Shown piece by piece: positions 29,601 through 39,455 of a stretch of 64,000 nt of DNA. Under the pieces are notes generated by a model that was given only the letters and a program-made list of their open reading frames with translations, was not told where the DNA came from and made no database searches. Origin of the DNA: a virus. Each line of letters begins with the position of its first letter. Position 1 is the first letter of the stretch. Both the position numbers and the translations under genes were made by a program. The DNA is taken from the IMG/VR virus record IMGVR_UViG_3300037041_000399, positions 14,237 to 78,236 of that record; one strand, 5' to 3'.

Positions 29601-32600
29601 CTATACATGGACAGTAGATAATATTGTACAAAATTGGACAGGTGCAGAACATGCTTTGACTTTACCTAATCCTAAAGCTGATAAGAAAGAGATTGTAATT
29701 TCAGTCAAGGTTACTGATTCAGTCGATACGTTCTATAAGTATGCAGATACTATTACAATTAGCTTTGTCAGTAACGCTGACTCATTGCCTTTGTTTAGAT
29801 TAAAAGATACGTTGTTATTGCTGAAGAAAGAATCATTTGCTGATAACTTACCGATCAATATTCCGATTGAGTATAAGGTAAAGGGTATTGATACAGCACT
29901 ACCTACATATACAATTGCAGCAACAGGTTGTACTGTCTCAGCTACATCAACAGGTGTTAGTATTACAGCAATTGATGCAACAGCTTCTGTAAATGAGTTT
30001 TCAGTGACATCTCCGCTTACTGTATCTAGTTGTAAAATTATATTGTATAGTGCAACAGCTACTGTTGTTACGACTGCTTTAGACAGTGCCAGACAGTACG
30101 TAAATTATAAGCTAGACAATACCTTGTCAACAGCCAATGACACAATTACATTTACTGCAAAAGTAATTGGAGGGAATGTATTAGACTACACGTATGCTTT
30201 CTATATTGACGCTGAAACGACAGCTAGGCAAAATAGTATTTCTAATGTATACACTTATACACCGCCTGCTAGTTTCACTGCAATGCCCCAATTACTCAAG
30301 GTATTTGTACGTCAAAATGGCGTTGATGTAGCTGCTGATTATGTATCTATAAGTGGTCATCAAGCTTCTAGTACGGTTGCTGATATTCATCTTTACAATC
30401 CATTACATATCTTACCGATAAATAATGATGGTACTGTATCAATGACAGGCAGTGGTACTAAATTAGATGTATACCTAGGCACCAATACACTCAATTTTGT
30501 ATCAACGTTAACTGGTGCTAGTAACGGCTCTTACACAGTAACAGCCAGCCAAGAAGGTTTATCAGGTAGTTCTTCTATAGTGGTAGTAGCAGACGGTCTC
30601 CAAAGTTGTAAGACAAGTGATTATGCAACAATCTTAACTACCTCACTATCAGCTAATATTTCATTTACTGTAACTGTTAAAGATTTTAACGGTGTTGTAT
30701 TCACATATCCTGTGATCTCTCAAAAATTGTTAAAACAAACTTCAGTAGAATTGAGTACTGAAGCACAAGATTTGTTAGATACATTAGCTTTTTCACATAG
30801 TACTGTTGCAACAGATATTCCAATACCAACATTTTCTTCTGACTCCTTCACATATAATGCAGATACAAATGCAGATGGAAAAGTAGATGGCTCAATTAAT
30901 TGGGTGTTTAATAGTGTAGCTTATCCTGCAATAGATGGCTTTGTTGTATGTTACGTAAGTAATTCAACAGCAGCACAAGCTAACTTAACTGTAGAAGATA
31001 TCTTAAAATCAACTACAAGGCAGATTGTAAAAAGCAATGTAAGAAGTATTTCATATCAAAACTTAGGTACAACTAAATATCAATGTGCTTTTGTATTTGC
31101 ATATAGAAAAGTTGTAAAGTCAGTTTATGACGCTTATGCAAAGACTAAAGTTATTACATCCGCAGGAGATTTATGGATTGTATCATCAATCGCTAGAAGT
31201 CATGCAGATGGTCTCTTAGATAAGTATATCGATAGACTAGTTATCAATGCTGACTTCAAAGATAGCCAAGGCAACTTAATTGTAATGTCAGATGTAGCTG
31301 CAAATATTGCTGACTTTAATGTTAACAACAATACTTCTGTTGCATACTTTAATCCAATTACTTTTAATAGTATTACATATGATAATACTAAAGTTAATTC
31401 AGGTAATATTGATTTCCTTGTTTCTTTTGAGGTACTAGGGAATGATGCTTTAAAACCTTTATCTGATATTGATGCTTTTGCAGTATTAGAGAAAACTACT
31501 CTTAATAATACTGTTGCATGGCCTGCTGTTACTGCTGCTGCTTTACTGAAAGATTTAAATACAGTGCATGTACCAGGAGACTCTCCTGCTATTCAAGTTG
31601 GAGATTATTTTAGATATAATGTACCATTTGATGAGGCAAAAGCTAATGTATTCAGAAATGTATATGTATGTGCTTATCGAGAAATATCTAAGAAGACTTA
31701 CGATTCGGTTTCATTCAATCAAGGTGGACATTCTAAAGTTAAAATAGGAACTCGATACTATTTTGCAGGGCCTGTTGTAGCTGCAATGACACCTACTACA
31801 TATTCTCAATATACAGACATTTTAACTATCAAAGCAAATCTTAAGTTGCCTGACGGTACTGTTGTTAGTACAGCTGATGTCTATGAGAATTTACAAGATT
31901 TTAATGATTCTAATAATACATCTATTGCAGCAATTGTAGAACCTTTGTTTTCTACAGATAAGATAACATATGATAATACACAATGCAATTCTGGAAATAT
32001 TAATTATGTGCTTAAATTTACACACGTAAACGCCATTAATACGGCTACTGATTCGATAGATGGTTTTGCTATTCTGGAAAAAACTGTAGCAACAGTTGCT
32101 AATATTAATAATGTAAGTGCTGGTGTTATTTTTAAAGATCCTGCTACAAAGTTTATAAGTGCTACTTCAACTGCAGACTTAACGCCTGAAACATCATTAA
32201 CAAGAACATATTATGTTGAAATGACTAATTCACCAGGACTAGCTTATCGTACAGTATTCGTTGTTGCGTATCGGGTAGTTAGTGCAACAAAAGCTAAACT
32301 ATCAACTGGCACTGTTATTAGGTATAATGGTAAAAATCATATTTGTTCTGATGTAGCTAGAAGTAATCCAAGTGTTAATTTAGACTACTATAATGGACCT
32401 TTATATTCTAAGATCACGCTATTAACATCTACAGGCGTTTCTATAAGTACTAATAGTATTTACGAAAATGTATATGACTTTAATAAGTCAAGTACAGGTA
32501 CCGATAATATTGAAGTAAACCCTAGTAATGTGCTTTTGGATTATGATATCAATATGGTATATCCTTCTGGTAATATTGACTTGATTTGTACTTTTACCTT

Positions 32601-34161
32601 TACAGGTATTACGGACCCTGTAAATAACAATGTTATTGAGGGTTTTTGTGTAGGTATTCTTGAAAGGAAAGATCAAGGCGCTCTCACAACACCAACACCA
32701 AGTGCTTTGTTAAAGGATCCTTTATCTGTATTTGTAGCTACTAGTAAAGATGTTACAACATATAATGCTATTTTTAAGAATGTTAATCCAACCTTATTTA
32801 GAACAGCGGTAGTATTACCATATCGTACAGTAATAAGAAGTGCTTATGATGTATATCCTCAAAACTTTACATCTGTTGCGGTCAAGGGCACTAAAACTTT
32901 GTATAATAAACTATACTTTGTAATGCCTGTTGCTGTAACAAGAAGTCATGTGAATAGTAGTTTGTATCAAGCTAAGACAGTTGCTTTAATGACAGGTAGT
33001 GTAGCTACCGCAAATGGTACATTTAATATTGTAAATGCTATTGGTGATTTCAGTTTGCTTAATACTGAAAATATGGCTAAGACAGCAGCTTTGACAGGGG
33101 TTACGTTTGGTGCTACTCCAATTACATTTGAAGGTAATTTAGAAAATGTAGATGTAATTGTTACATGGGCGTATGCAGGTCTTGAAGCTGATATTGACGG
33201 CTTTGTAATAGACTATCAATCTTCTGCAAAAAGTAATATTAGTAAACCAGCTATTGGCAAGGTAGCTAATAATGGTTATTATAGTGTTGCGCCTTCTTTG
33301 CGTAGCTTTAGATTACCAAATCAAAATCTTAAGAACTATTTTAACTTTTGTGTAATACCTTACCATGTAATTTCAGAACCTACTTATCAAAGTAATTATA
33401 AAGTGGTTGGTACGAAAGATCGTATTTGTACTATTAATAATACACGTATGGTATTTGATAACAGTTACGGATTAGCTTCAGCCACTGCACAACAGTATAG
33501 TAGAAGAGATACACAAAATGCATCTGCACCTGGTACTCCTGTGATAGGTGATTATTGGTTAAATACAAATAGTGTAACTGTTTCTGGTATTGATTCTTTT
33601 GTAACTGCTAAATTTAATGGTACCAATTGGGAGCCTTTAACAACAGCTGAATTGGCTGCTAAAAAGATTACTCAGACCTATAGCGGCATAACAGAGCCCG
33701 CTAATCATGCAGGTTTCTATTGGAAAAATGCATCATTACTTGATGTATCTGGTGTTAAAGCTGGTGATACTGTCAGCTTTGATGAGACATTAGGTATTTG
33801 GGTTTCGGCTACAGTTAAGGAAACTCTAACAATTGGCCTTGATTCTGCTAAGACTCAATATGTATTGGAAGGTAATTTGTATCTAACATCTGATCTAGTC
33901 AATGGCGGCTATAAGCTGTACTTGGCTAAGAATGGAAATTGGGTACCTTTCAAAATATTTGACACTGCTGGTGTGAGTACTAGTGCTCCTAGTAAAAATG
34001 CGGCAACAATATATCATTTGAAACTAGCAAAAGCTATGACAACTAAATCTCAAAATCTTCCTACATACTACTATCGAGCGGCTACAACAGATCCTTGGTT
34101 AACTGCTAATATATATGATAAGAAATTAATTAAATCAACGACAATTCCAACTAGAGTATAA
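26659..34161 (+). CDS. Tail tip/hub-central fibre protein (lambda gpJ-like N-terminus) with tandem beta-sandwich repeats
   Basis: LPVVYGRARV, YSNNPAWCLIDYLTNEIYGKG, LEPGDVF motifs; likely start MTDP at 26659; five ~205-aa repeats near 30.8-33.4 kb. Confidence 0.8.
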   Translation: MTDPFSIIMAIVSIAMTIYQIIAAPKPKPPPQNMPQTTGIDVTADGVPAYLPVVYGRARVNGIRACTDLSAGYVYNNTPEGFKRFNPTATSALTARLTESNTGLKQAVMETQIALAHGPIHDVVDILIEDFGPDNPNFAYRNDNTAHKNITLRNKLPTATWQIDVCKAGGVAHPNGASTNTFKDIAYAHCTLVLDPVEPQFNGMPDISFLVEGIKVQKWKLVDNIPVVDGAKQYSNNPAWCLIDYLTNEIYGKGVTIDEIDLHSFIKVANLCETVFPTQYKIGGQINAGVPALQTRKMFECNIALDTGRPMRENIDSLLSTMNGGMLTWSAGKYKLSAIHPTTKDDLIELTKVNGQVNSINQLTDDDLILDQDLEIAWPDAGTRLNQVTIHFKNEARNFKDDAITWPVLYKDAESNVSSTSQKVPGHKSTYQWLKVSNDGKLNWSKWAFPTYFEQFGVNNRGPVDHGTDVYHVLVQKNSGGNYFLDAVCTARINRIKIVRMYPENPGTAETVMINSTQAAAPKFSGNYATRFNTNGDKFYYNTLHSGVVTIGYYGGDWWCGITRVMTDTTTQAVLTIDPGEKYYLRIEIEYTNTPCYAESHKGTGPENRDAVYLDYNPADGVVYGLQLIDYAAGEKVLWQTGQDYYESFDIATTNQTNTLIKANQLHEELKAIDGDLLLEKDFTIPGISTIYHAWFRGEEVVRASRFGFKLSLKYLVRNMYLEPGDVFTLNSDTLELLPYKGNWTAGSSYSKGNIVYYNNNYYIRISGFDVVSATVPSADISWDTTVYPLPFRVTASSLNEENICSISADFITKDFFVSDVDLPDFKHDLESPIYRLTDTTIKYFVFESARNSTIGSPGTLRVSSNSRLVTTYTYQACYDYELDSGKEPTFITLAETGAVYYEVPPTTATTAIFRVIPKDFENNTLVPAYSILEGVHTLSHFGNALVLAADDNTIMYTDDKPAKATTMLHAILDEPAPTRVYTWTVDNIVQNWTGAEHALTLPNPKADKKEIVISVKVTDSVDTFYKYADTITISFVSNADSLPLFRLKDTLLLLKKESFADNLPINIPIEYKVKGIDTALPTYTIAATGCTVSATSTGVSITAIDATASVNEFSVTSPLTVSSCKIILYSATATVVTTALDSARQYVNYKLDNTLSTANDTITFTAKVIGGNVLDYTYAFYIDAETTARQNSISNVYTYTPPASFTAMPQLLKVFVRQNGVDVAADYVSISGHQASSTVADIHLYNPLHILPINNDGTVSMTGSGTKLDVYLGTNTLNFVSTLTGASNGSYTVTASQEGLSGSSSIVVVADGLQSCKTSDYATILTTSLSANISFTVTVKDFNGVVFTYPVISQKLLKQTSVELSTEAQDLLDTLAFSHSTVATDIPIPTFSSDSFTYNADTNADGKVDGSINWVFNSVAYPAIDGFVVCYVSNSTAAQANLTVEDILKSTTRQIVKSNVRSISYQNLGTTKYQCAFVFAYRKVVKSVYDAYAKTKVITSAGDLWIVSSIARSHADGLLDKYIDRLVINADFKDSQGNLIVMSDVAANIADFNVNNNTSVAYFNPITFNSITYDNTKVNSGNIDFLVSFEVLGNDALKPLSDIDAFAVLEKTTLNNTVAWPAVTAAALLKDLNTVHVPGDSPAIQVGDYFRYNVPFDEAKANVFRNVYVCAYREISKKTYDSVSFNQGGHSKVKIGTRYYFAGPVVAAMTPTTYSQYTDILTIKANLKLPDGTVVSTADVYENLQDFNDSNNTSIAAIVEPLFSTDKITYDNTQCNSGNINYVLKFTHVNAINTATDSIDGFAILEKTVATVANINNVSAGVIFKDPATKFISATSTADLTPETSLTRTYYVEMTNSPGLAYRTVFVVAYRVVSATKAKLSTGTVIRYNGKNHICSDVARSNPSVNLDYYNGPLYSKITLLTSTGVSISTNSIYENVYDFNKSSTGTDNIEVNPSNVLLDYDINMVYPSGNIDLICTFTFTGITDPVNNNVIEGFCVGILERKDQGALTTPTPSALLKDPLSVFVATSKDVTTYNAIFKNVNPTLFRTAVVLPYRTVIRSAYDVYPQNFTSVAVKGTKTLYNKLYFVMPVAVTRSHVNSSLYQAKTVALMTGSVATANGTFNIVNAIGDFSLLNTENMAKTAALTGVTFGATPITFEGNLENVDVIVTWAYAGLEADIDGFVIDYQSSAKSNISKPAIGKVANNGYYSVAPSLRSFRLPNQNLKNYFNFCVIPYHVISEPTYQSNYKVVGTKDRICTINNTRMVFDNSYGLASATAQQYSRRDTQNASAPGTPVIGDYWLNTNSVTVSGIDSFVTAKFNGTNWEPLTTAELAAKKITQTYSGITEPANHAGFYWKNASLLDVSGVKAGDTVSFDETLGIWVSATVKETLTIGLDSAKTQYVLEGNLYLTSDLVNGGYKLYLAKNGNWVPFKIFDTAGVSTSAPSKNAATIYHLKLAKAMTTKSQNLPTYYYRAATTDPWLTANIYDKKLIKSTTIPTRV

Positions 34162-34163
34162 TT

Positions 34164-36866
34164 ATGTCAACTGACTATATAATGGTCGGAGATTCGTGGG
34201 TAAATACAAGTTCCAGTTCAATTACGGATGCTGTAACCTCGCAGGTAATTCCTGCGGGGGCTACGGCTACGTGGACTGGTGATACTTGGATTATATCTGA
34301 CAAACCTACGGCTTCAGGCTCAACAGCTCCTGCTAATCCCACAGAGGGGCAACAATGGATAGATACCTCAACTACGCCAGCAGTATTAAAGGTCTATCAT
34401 CAATATTTGAATCCACAGTGGGTTTCAATATCCACATTTGTAACACAAGGTACTGATATTGGGGTAGCAAATGGTGCTACAAGGAACATGAATCAAGGGA
34501 CATATGATTCAACAAAAACGTATATATTAGGTGATATTGTAACACTTGTTGGGAATAGTTGGACATGTTCTGTAGCAACTAGTGGTAATGCACCTCCTAC
34601 AGATAGTACAACAGTATCAAATACTTGGTGGAAATTATTAGCAGCAAAGGGTACTGATGGTGCTTCAGTTACGATAGCTGATTTGTTATCAGAATCAGAT
34701 GTAGTACCTGCAGATGCTGAGGGTAAAAATTATACACTTCCAACCGGTAATAAGTTACGGCTATATATTGGAGCTACCATTCAAACAGCTAATGTTACAT
34801 ACTCTGTTAGTAGTGCTCAATCAGGGTTAATAGCTGTCATCGATCCGACAGGTTCAATCAGCTTTAGTGGAACTTGGACAAGTGATTTAGCACAATTTAC
34901 GTTTACTGCTACTTACTTCTCAGTGCAATATACGGCAGGTTATACAATAGCTAAAGCAAAGAAAGGCACTAATACTGTACTAGTGGATATCAAATCAGAT
35001 GCTGACGTTATACCTGCAAAAACTGACGGTACTGGATTTACGCTACCAACTGGTAATGCCATTGTGGTTTATGATGGTGGAACATTAGTTACTAATCCTG
35101 TTAGCGGAACTGCTGTTATTTCATATAGTGTTGCAGCAACCCCATTAAACAGGCTTGGTCTAGCTATTGATAACTTTGGTAATATAACTTTAAATCAAAG
35201 TACAGGCGCATGGAACAGTGACGGCGAGTCTTTTACAATCAATACTACTTATAAGGGGATTACATATACTAATATTTACACAATTGCTAAGGCTAAAGCG
35301 GGGGCTCAGGGCATTTCTACTTATCTAGCTTCTGTGTATTATAACGGTACGCCCTCAGGCGCTCCTACAGGTGGTTCATATAATTTTAGTAGTAATGTAT
35401 TTACTGGTCCAACAACTGCTGGCTGGCAGAAAACTCCATTTGCTGCTACCACAACAGGGCAATATGTATCAACACAGATATTCACATCTAATAATGGTGG
35501 GGTGTCTATATCATGGTCAACTCCTGTATTGTACAATAAGAATGGTATTGATGGTAATCCAGGTGGTCCAGGGACTCCGGGTACTTCATTTTATAGCGCT
35601 ACTGTGTATTTGCAGTCACTAAGCACGCCTAGTGCGCCTACTGGTGGTTCTTATACATTTGGTGGTACATTGACAGCGCCAAGCGGTTGGTCTAAGACAC
35701 AGCCTGCTACTACTACAACACCTACATGGAGTTGCGAGTATACGTTTAGTACGACAACAGCTGGTGCTACTGTAAACGGTGGTACATGGCAAAATGTTAA
35801 AATATGTGCTCAAAATGGTACTAATGGTGTTAGTATTAAAGGTGATCAAGGCAAATCAGCTACACGCGCGTTCACTTTAAGTACAGTTGGTACTCCAGCT
35901 ACTATTACAAATTACACAACAGATGGCGTAACAAGTCTACCTGCATCTACAGCTAATAGTTGGTCTAGTATAACTCTGTCTCCTAGTAATAACCAAGCGC
36001 AGTGGCAATCAGATGGCATAATAGACTATGTGACACAAAAAATTACATGGGGCGCACCTTACCTTACCGTATTTAAAGTTGATACATTATCTGCGTTTAC
36101 GACTAATACCGGTGAATTAAATGTTACCGGAAATATTAATATGACATCTAATAGTATGGCTATTAGATCAGGTACTGCAGTCACATTTGGCAGTGCTGGC
36201 TATTATATGGGGTTAAATGCTAGTGGTAAAGCTTTGTTATCTATAATGGCTGATGCTAGTAATGGTATTAAATACGATGGGTCAACTAACACTATTTCAT
36301 TACTAGGTAAAATAATTACTAGTGGAAATCTTGCTACTAACTCTGTATTAAATGACGCAATAAAAGCAGGAGAAGTAAGCACAGCTTCTGTAGCTACTAA
36401 CGCTATTACAAACTATTGGTATAAGCTTCGACAAACAACAGATAATACTGGCTATCCTTATGCTGTACCAACAGCTGGTGCAATTACTTCAGATTCTTTT
36501 GACGAATTCACAGTAACCGCTGCAGGCGTATTAGAGATAACTATAATTAGTGTTGTGCAAAATAAATCAACATCTACTGCATATCGAATAGAAGGATGGA
36601 CGTCTATCTCAAAGAATGGAACTTTTAAAGATACGCTTAGAGATACTAGATTTGAGGCATTGGATGCTGGGGTTGCTAGTAATAACTTCCAAGCGGGTAA
36701 CTCAGGCGGCACTTCAGGTTCAATGCGTAGTTTTGTAATAATGCAACAAATTGAAGTAGCAGCTAATGATAAGATTATTGTAAAAGTTTCGCACAGACCA
36801 CATGCAAGTCAAAGTGTGTTGTTTGTAAAATCAAACAGTTATTCAGCTGTATTATATAAGAGATAA
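34164..36866 (+). CDS. Tail fibre / receptor-binding protein
   Basis: Thr/Gly/Ser-rich; internal duplications (LPTGN modules, APTGGSY modules); CBM5/12-like YDSTKTYILGDIV; followed by fibre chaperone. Confidence 0.7.
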   Translation: MSTDYIMVGDSWVNTSSSSITDAVTSQVIPAGATATWTGDTWIISDKPTASGSTAPANPTEGQQWIDTSTTPAVLKVYHQYLNPQWVSISTFVTQGTDIGVANGATRNMNQGTYDSTKTYILGDIVTLVGNSWTCSVATSGNAPPTDSTTVSNTWWKLLAAKGTDGASVTIADLLSESDVVPADAEGKNYTLPTGNKLRLYIGATIQTANVTYSVSSAQSGLIAVIDPTGSISFSGTWTSDLAQFTFTATYFSVQYTAGYTIAKAKKGTNTVLVDIKSDADVIPAKTDGTGFTLPTGNAIVVYDGGTLVTNPVSGTAVISYSVAATPLNRLGLAIDNFGNITLNQSTGAWNSDGESFTINTTYKGITYTNIYTIAKAKAGAQGISTYLASVYYNGTPSGAPTGGSYNFSSNVFTGPTTAGWQKTPFAATTTGQYVSTQIFTSNNGGVSISWSTPVLYNKNGIDGNPGGPGTPGTSFYSATVYLQSLSTPSAPTGGSYTFGGTLTAPSGWSKTQPATTTTPTWSCEYTFSTTTAGATVNGGTWQNVKICAQNGTNGVSIKGDQGKSATRAFTLSTVGTPATITNYTTDGVTSLPASTANSWSSITLSPSNNQAQWQSDGIIDYVTQKITWGAPYLTVFKVDTLSAFTTNTGELNVTGNINMTSNSMAIRSGTAVTFGSAGYYMGLNASGKALLSIMADASNGIKYDGSTNTISLLGKIITSGNLATNSVLNDAIKAGEVSTASVATNAITNYWYKLRQTTDNTGYPYAVPTAGAITSDSFDEFTVTAAGVLEITIISVVQNKSTSTAYRIEGWTSISKNGTFKDTLRDTRFEALDAGVASNNFQAGNSGGTSGSMRSFVIMQQIEVAANDKIIVKVSHRPHASQSVLFVKSNSYSAVLYKR

Positions 36867-36869
36867 AAT

Positions 36870-37322
36870 ATGTACTATTTATTAATATTTGACAAGAATA
36901 CAAAACTTTCAACAGGATCTGCCATTGTATCCGAATTGGAGAAAACTCCTGACTATATTCAAGTAGAACTTTCTGAGGATGAATTTTATAACCTTAAGAA
37001 TAACTCTAATACGTTAAAGTATGAAAATGGGGAGATTAAAAAATATCTGCCAAGACCTTCGTTTGCGCACTACTGGGATAATAATCTCAATGAATGGTTA
37101 TTAGACACTGCTCTCGAATTTAGTTTAAAATCTGATGAAGTAAGAGATTTACGTCTAGCTAAGTTAAACGAGTTAGATAAATTTACACAGAACCCCCTTC
37201 GTTGGATGAGCTTGTCAGATGAGCTTAAGAATCAGTTAGCGGTTTATAGGCAAGCTTTATTAGACGTACCTCAACAAGAAGGTTTCCCATTAACTATAAC
37301 TTGGCCGGAGAGTCCAGTATGA
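36870..37322 (+). CDS. Tail fibre assembly chaperone
   Basis: C-terminal YRQALLDVPQQEGFPLTITWPESP motif. Confidence 0.8.
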   Translation: MYYLLIFDKNTKLSTGSAIVSELEKTPDYIQVELSEDEFYNLKNNSNTLKYENGEIKKYLPRPSFAHYWDNNLNEWLLDTALEFSLKSDEVRDLRLAKLNELDKFTQNPLRWMSLSDELKNQLAVYRQALLDVPQQEGFPLTITWPESPV

Positions 37323-37501
37323 GTTATTTATTTGCACGATTAAAAGAGCCATCTACATGGTTTGGTATTATCTCATCTACTCTAGCATCATTAAGTGCTT
37401 TTAAAGTGGTAGAATTGTCACCAGAACAAATGGACGGTATATTAGCATTGTCTGTTGCCATCTTAGGTGGCGGACATGTAACTTCAAAGGATCCTGAATA
37501 A
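37319..37501 (+). CDS. Putative holin
   Basis: MSYLFARLKEPSTWFGI plus two hydrophobic segments; ATG overlaps the upstream stop (ATGA). Confidence 0.6.
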   Translation: MSYLFARLKEPSTWFGIISSTLASLSAFKVVELSPEQMDGILALSVAILGGGHVTSKDPE

Positions 37502-37509
37502 AGGAGATT

Positions 37510-37534
37510 GCCCTGACTTCGGTTGGGGCTTTTT
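37510..37534 (+). terminator. Intrinsic terminator ending the late operon
   Basis: GCCCTGAC-TTCG-GTTGGGGC-TTTTT (cUUCGg loop). Confidence 0.85.
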
Positions 37535-37537
37535 AAT

Positions 37538-38056
37538 ATGAAATTTAGAAAATCAAACATAAAAGAATTAAATAAATATTATGATGTAGCAATTGAGTGC
37601 TCATTATCAAGTAGAGTACCTGAATTTACATTAGACAAAGATTATGTACTTAAGGTGATATCAGATCTAATGCATGGAGAATACTTTAGAGTAATAGAAT
37701 ACAAAGATGAAGTTGTTGGCTGGATGGCGGCTAATAAGAATAATGTACAGTTATATAATACCAGAGATGTATTATCAGTCACTAGTTATCAATGTATACT
37801 CAAAGGTCGTAAGGCAATTGAGGCACTAATAGATATTCATGAGGATCTATATGATTTTGCTATATCTAGAAAGTATGAGCTAGTTGTAACCAATTCAGTA
37901 CTTAATTCAAGGAATACATTTAATCGAATACTTACGCAAGAAGGCTGGCTGGATCGCAACAGCGTGTTACTGCGAAAAACCCCCCATTATTTGGCCAGTA
38001 GCGGGGGCAGACGTGCCGTTCGGCCTCAGACCATTACGGAAGCCATGGGGCGGTGA
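37538..38056 (+). CDS. Hypothetical protein, possibly GNAT-fold
   Basis: MKFRKS...FRVIEYKDEVVGWMAA pattern; C-terminal tail runs into the GC island. Confidence 0.4.
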   Translation: MKFRKSNIKELNKYYDVAIECSLSSRVPEFTLDKDYVLKVISDLMHGEYFRVIEYKDEVVGWMAANKNNVQLYNTRDVLSVTSYQCILKGRKAIEALIDIHEDLYDFAISRKYELVVTNSVLNSRNTFNRILTQEGWLDRNSVLLRKTPHYLASSGGRRAVRPQTITEAMGR

Positions 38057-38220
38057 AAACGGGGTAGAGAGGGGCAGATTTGCAAACTGGTCGCCTGTGG
38101 CACGCGGGGCGTGGGGCATGGCTGAGGGATCGGGGCGGCAGTTGCGGGGCAAGACGGGTGGTTTCTGGTTGCAGAATGGGTAGTTCTGTGGCTGGTTATC
38201 GCCCGTTTTTTACGCACCAC
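38001..38220 (+). repeat. GC-rich island with iterated GGGGC
   Basis: ~63% GC by hand count; GGGGC at about 38004, 38047, 38071, 38106, 38113, 38132 and 38146, all on the + strand. Confidence 0.75.
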
Positions 38221-38223
38221 AAA

Positions 38224-38240
38224 CCCGTTAAATTAACCCT
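38224..38240 (+). promoter_or_regulatory. CCCGTTAAATTAACCCT motif, copy 3
   Basis: Exact motif; downstream CCG..CCCCCTATATTA also shared with copy 1. Confidence 0.75.
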
Positions 38241-38274
38241 TCTCCGTTCCCCCTATATTATTAATTCTAATAAT

Positions 38275-38304
38275 GCGGAAATAATAGTATCTTATATGAA
38301 GTAC
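38275..38304 (+). promoter_or_regulatory. Second motif class GCGGAAA-N5-GTATCTTATATGAAGTAC, copy 1 (putative early promoter)
   Basis: 25/30 nt identical with 39386-39415, same spacing; 24 nt upstream of ATG 38329. Confidence 0.7.
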
Positions 38305-38328
38305 TATAATAACCTTTGGAGATACATT

Positions 38329-38724
38329 ATGTTAAGATTAATTGCTACAAAAGATCGTAAAACAATTGCTGTTGTTTATGGTAACATCGTTGCAGATATG
38401 GCTGAGTTTTTACCTGTGTGGCGGTCACACAAGTGGTTTAACATTTATACAAACTTGGAATACAAGTCTTTAGAGGAATTCCTTTGGAAATCTCTAGAGG
38501 AGAATGATTCGTTGTTTCAATATAGACCTTGGGATGATCATTACTATGTGCCAACTACAATGACTATTAGACACAACGGGCATGAGGCTTATAGCAGATT
38601 TATGCAGAATATTGATTGTACTTATACTTTGTATACTGTGTATGAAGACTTGACGGGCGTCGTTGCTAACTTTAAAGATAAGAAAGCTATTAAGAAATGG
38701 CTTAAAGAACAGGGGATTAAATAA
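38329..38724 (+). CDS. Early hypothetical protein (true start MLRLIATK)
   Basis: RBS ggag before ATG 38329; the upstream extension in the ORF track is GC-island/promoter DNA. Confidence 0.6.
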   Translation: MLRLIATKDRKTIAVVYGNIVADMAEFLPVWRSHKWFNIYTNLEYKSLEEFLWKSLEENDSLFQYRPWDDHYYVPTTMTIRHNGHEAYSRFMQNIDCTYTLYTVYEDLTGVVANFKDKKAIKKWLKEQGIK

Positions 38725-39226
38725 TGAAATATGAAGTAGTTATACTCAATCAGAATGCTGATCTTTATACCAAGACAAGCTTATTAGACGCTTACTTAAA
38801 CTTTGAAAAGTACACAAGTAAGATTGTAATTGCGGTAGACAAAGAAACAGGTGCTTTTAAACATGTTGCTAATGTACAGCAATTAAGAGAAGTATCTGCA
38901 AGATTATTTTATATGGGAGAGTTCAAATGAGTACTGTAATGTTTATGATCGATGCAGTTTTAGATATACGCGTTAGAACACACAGTGTGTTTGATTATGT
39001 TCTTTTTGAAGCTGAGTGCTACGATGAATGTATTACACTCCTGGACAGTGCTGATGCACGTCTTAGGGTTGGTGACAACTATTCATACAGCTGGAATCAC
39101 GTTCACTGGGACGGACAAAGGCTGGAATCTTTTATAACTTTGTTAGATCTTATTGAGCATGACAAGTACAAACTTAACGTCCTAACAGAAGGACATCTAT
39201 TTCAGCAAGGGGTATTAGTATTATGA
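38724..39226 (+). CDS. Two translationally coupled early hypothetical proteins (38724-38930, 38927-39226)
   Basis: Overlapping stop/start codons and RBSs. Confidence 0.55.
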
Positions 39227-39385
39227 GTGAATGGTATAGCTTTATTGAAGCAATGTTAACAATTGGTTTTTATTGTGTTTATGTGTTTTACAATGTGTTT
39301 GCAGAGCATTGCGAAGGACAGCGTAAGTATCGTAAAGTGCGTAGCTGGAATCGTTCAGCTATGCAAAAAGATTATAAATAAAAAC

Positions 39386-39415
39386 GCGGAAAATGGGGTA
39401 TCTTATATGAAGTAC
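39386..39415 (+). promoter_or_regulatory. Second motif class, copy 2
   Basis: GCGGAAAATGGGGTATCTTATATGAAGTAC, 40 nt upstream of ATG 39456. Confidence 0.7.
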
Positions 39416-39455
39416 AATAAGGTACCTCAATCAATTAATTATTTGGAGTATTATC

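Noticed and set aside
38080-38328. N-terminal extension of ORF 38080-38724, and ORFs 37967-38152 and 38026-38220
   Set aside because: Open frames caused by the GC island and promoter DNA; the RBS-supported start is 38329
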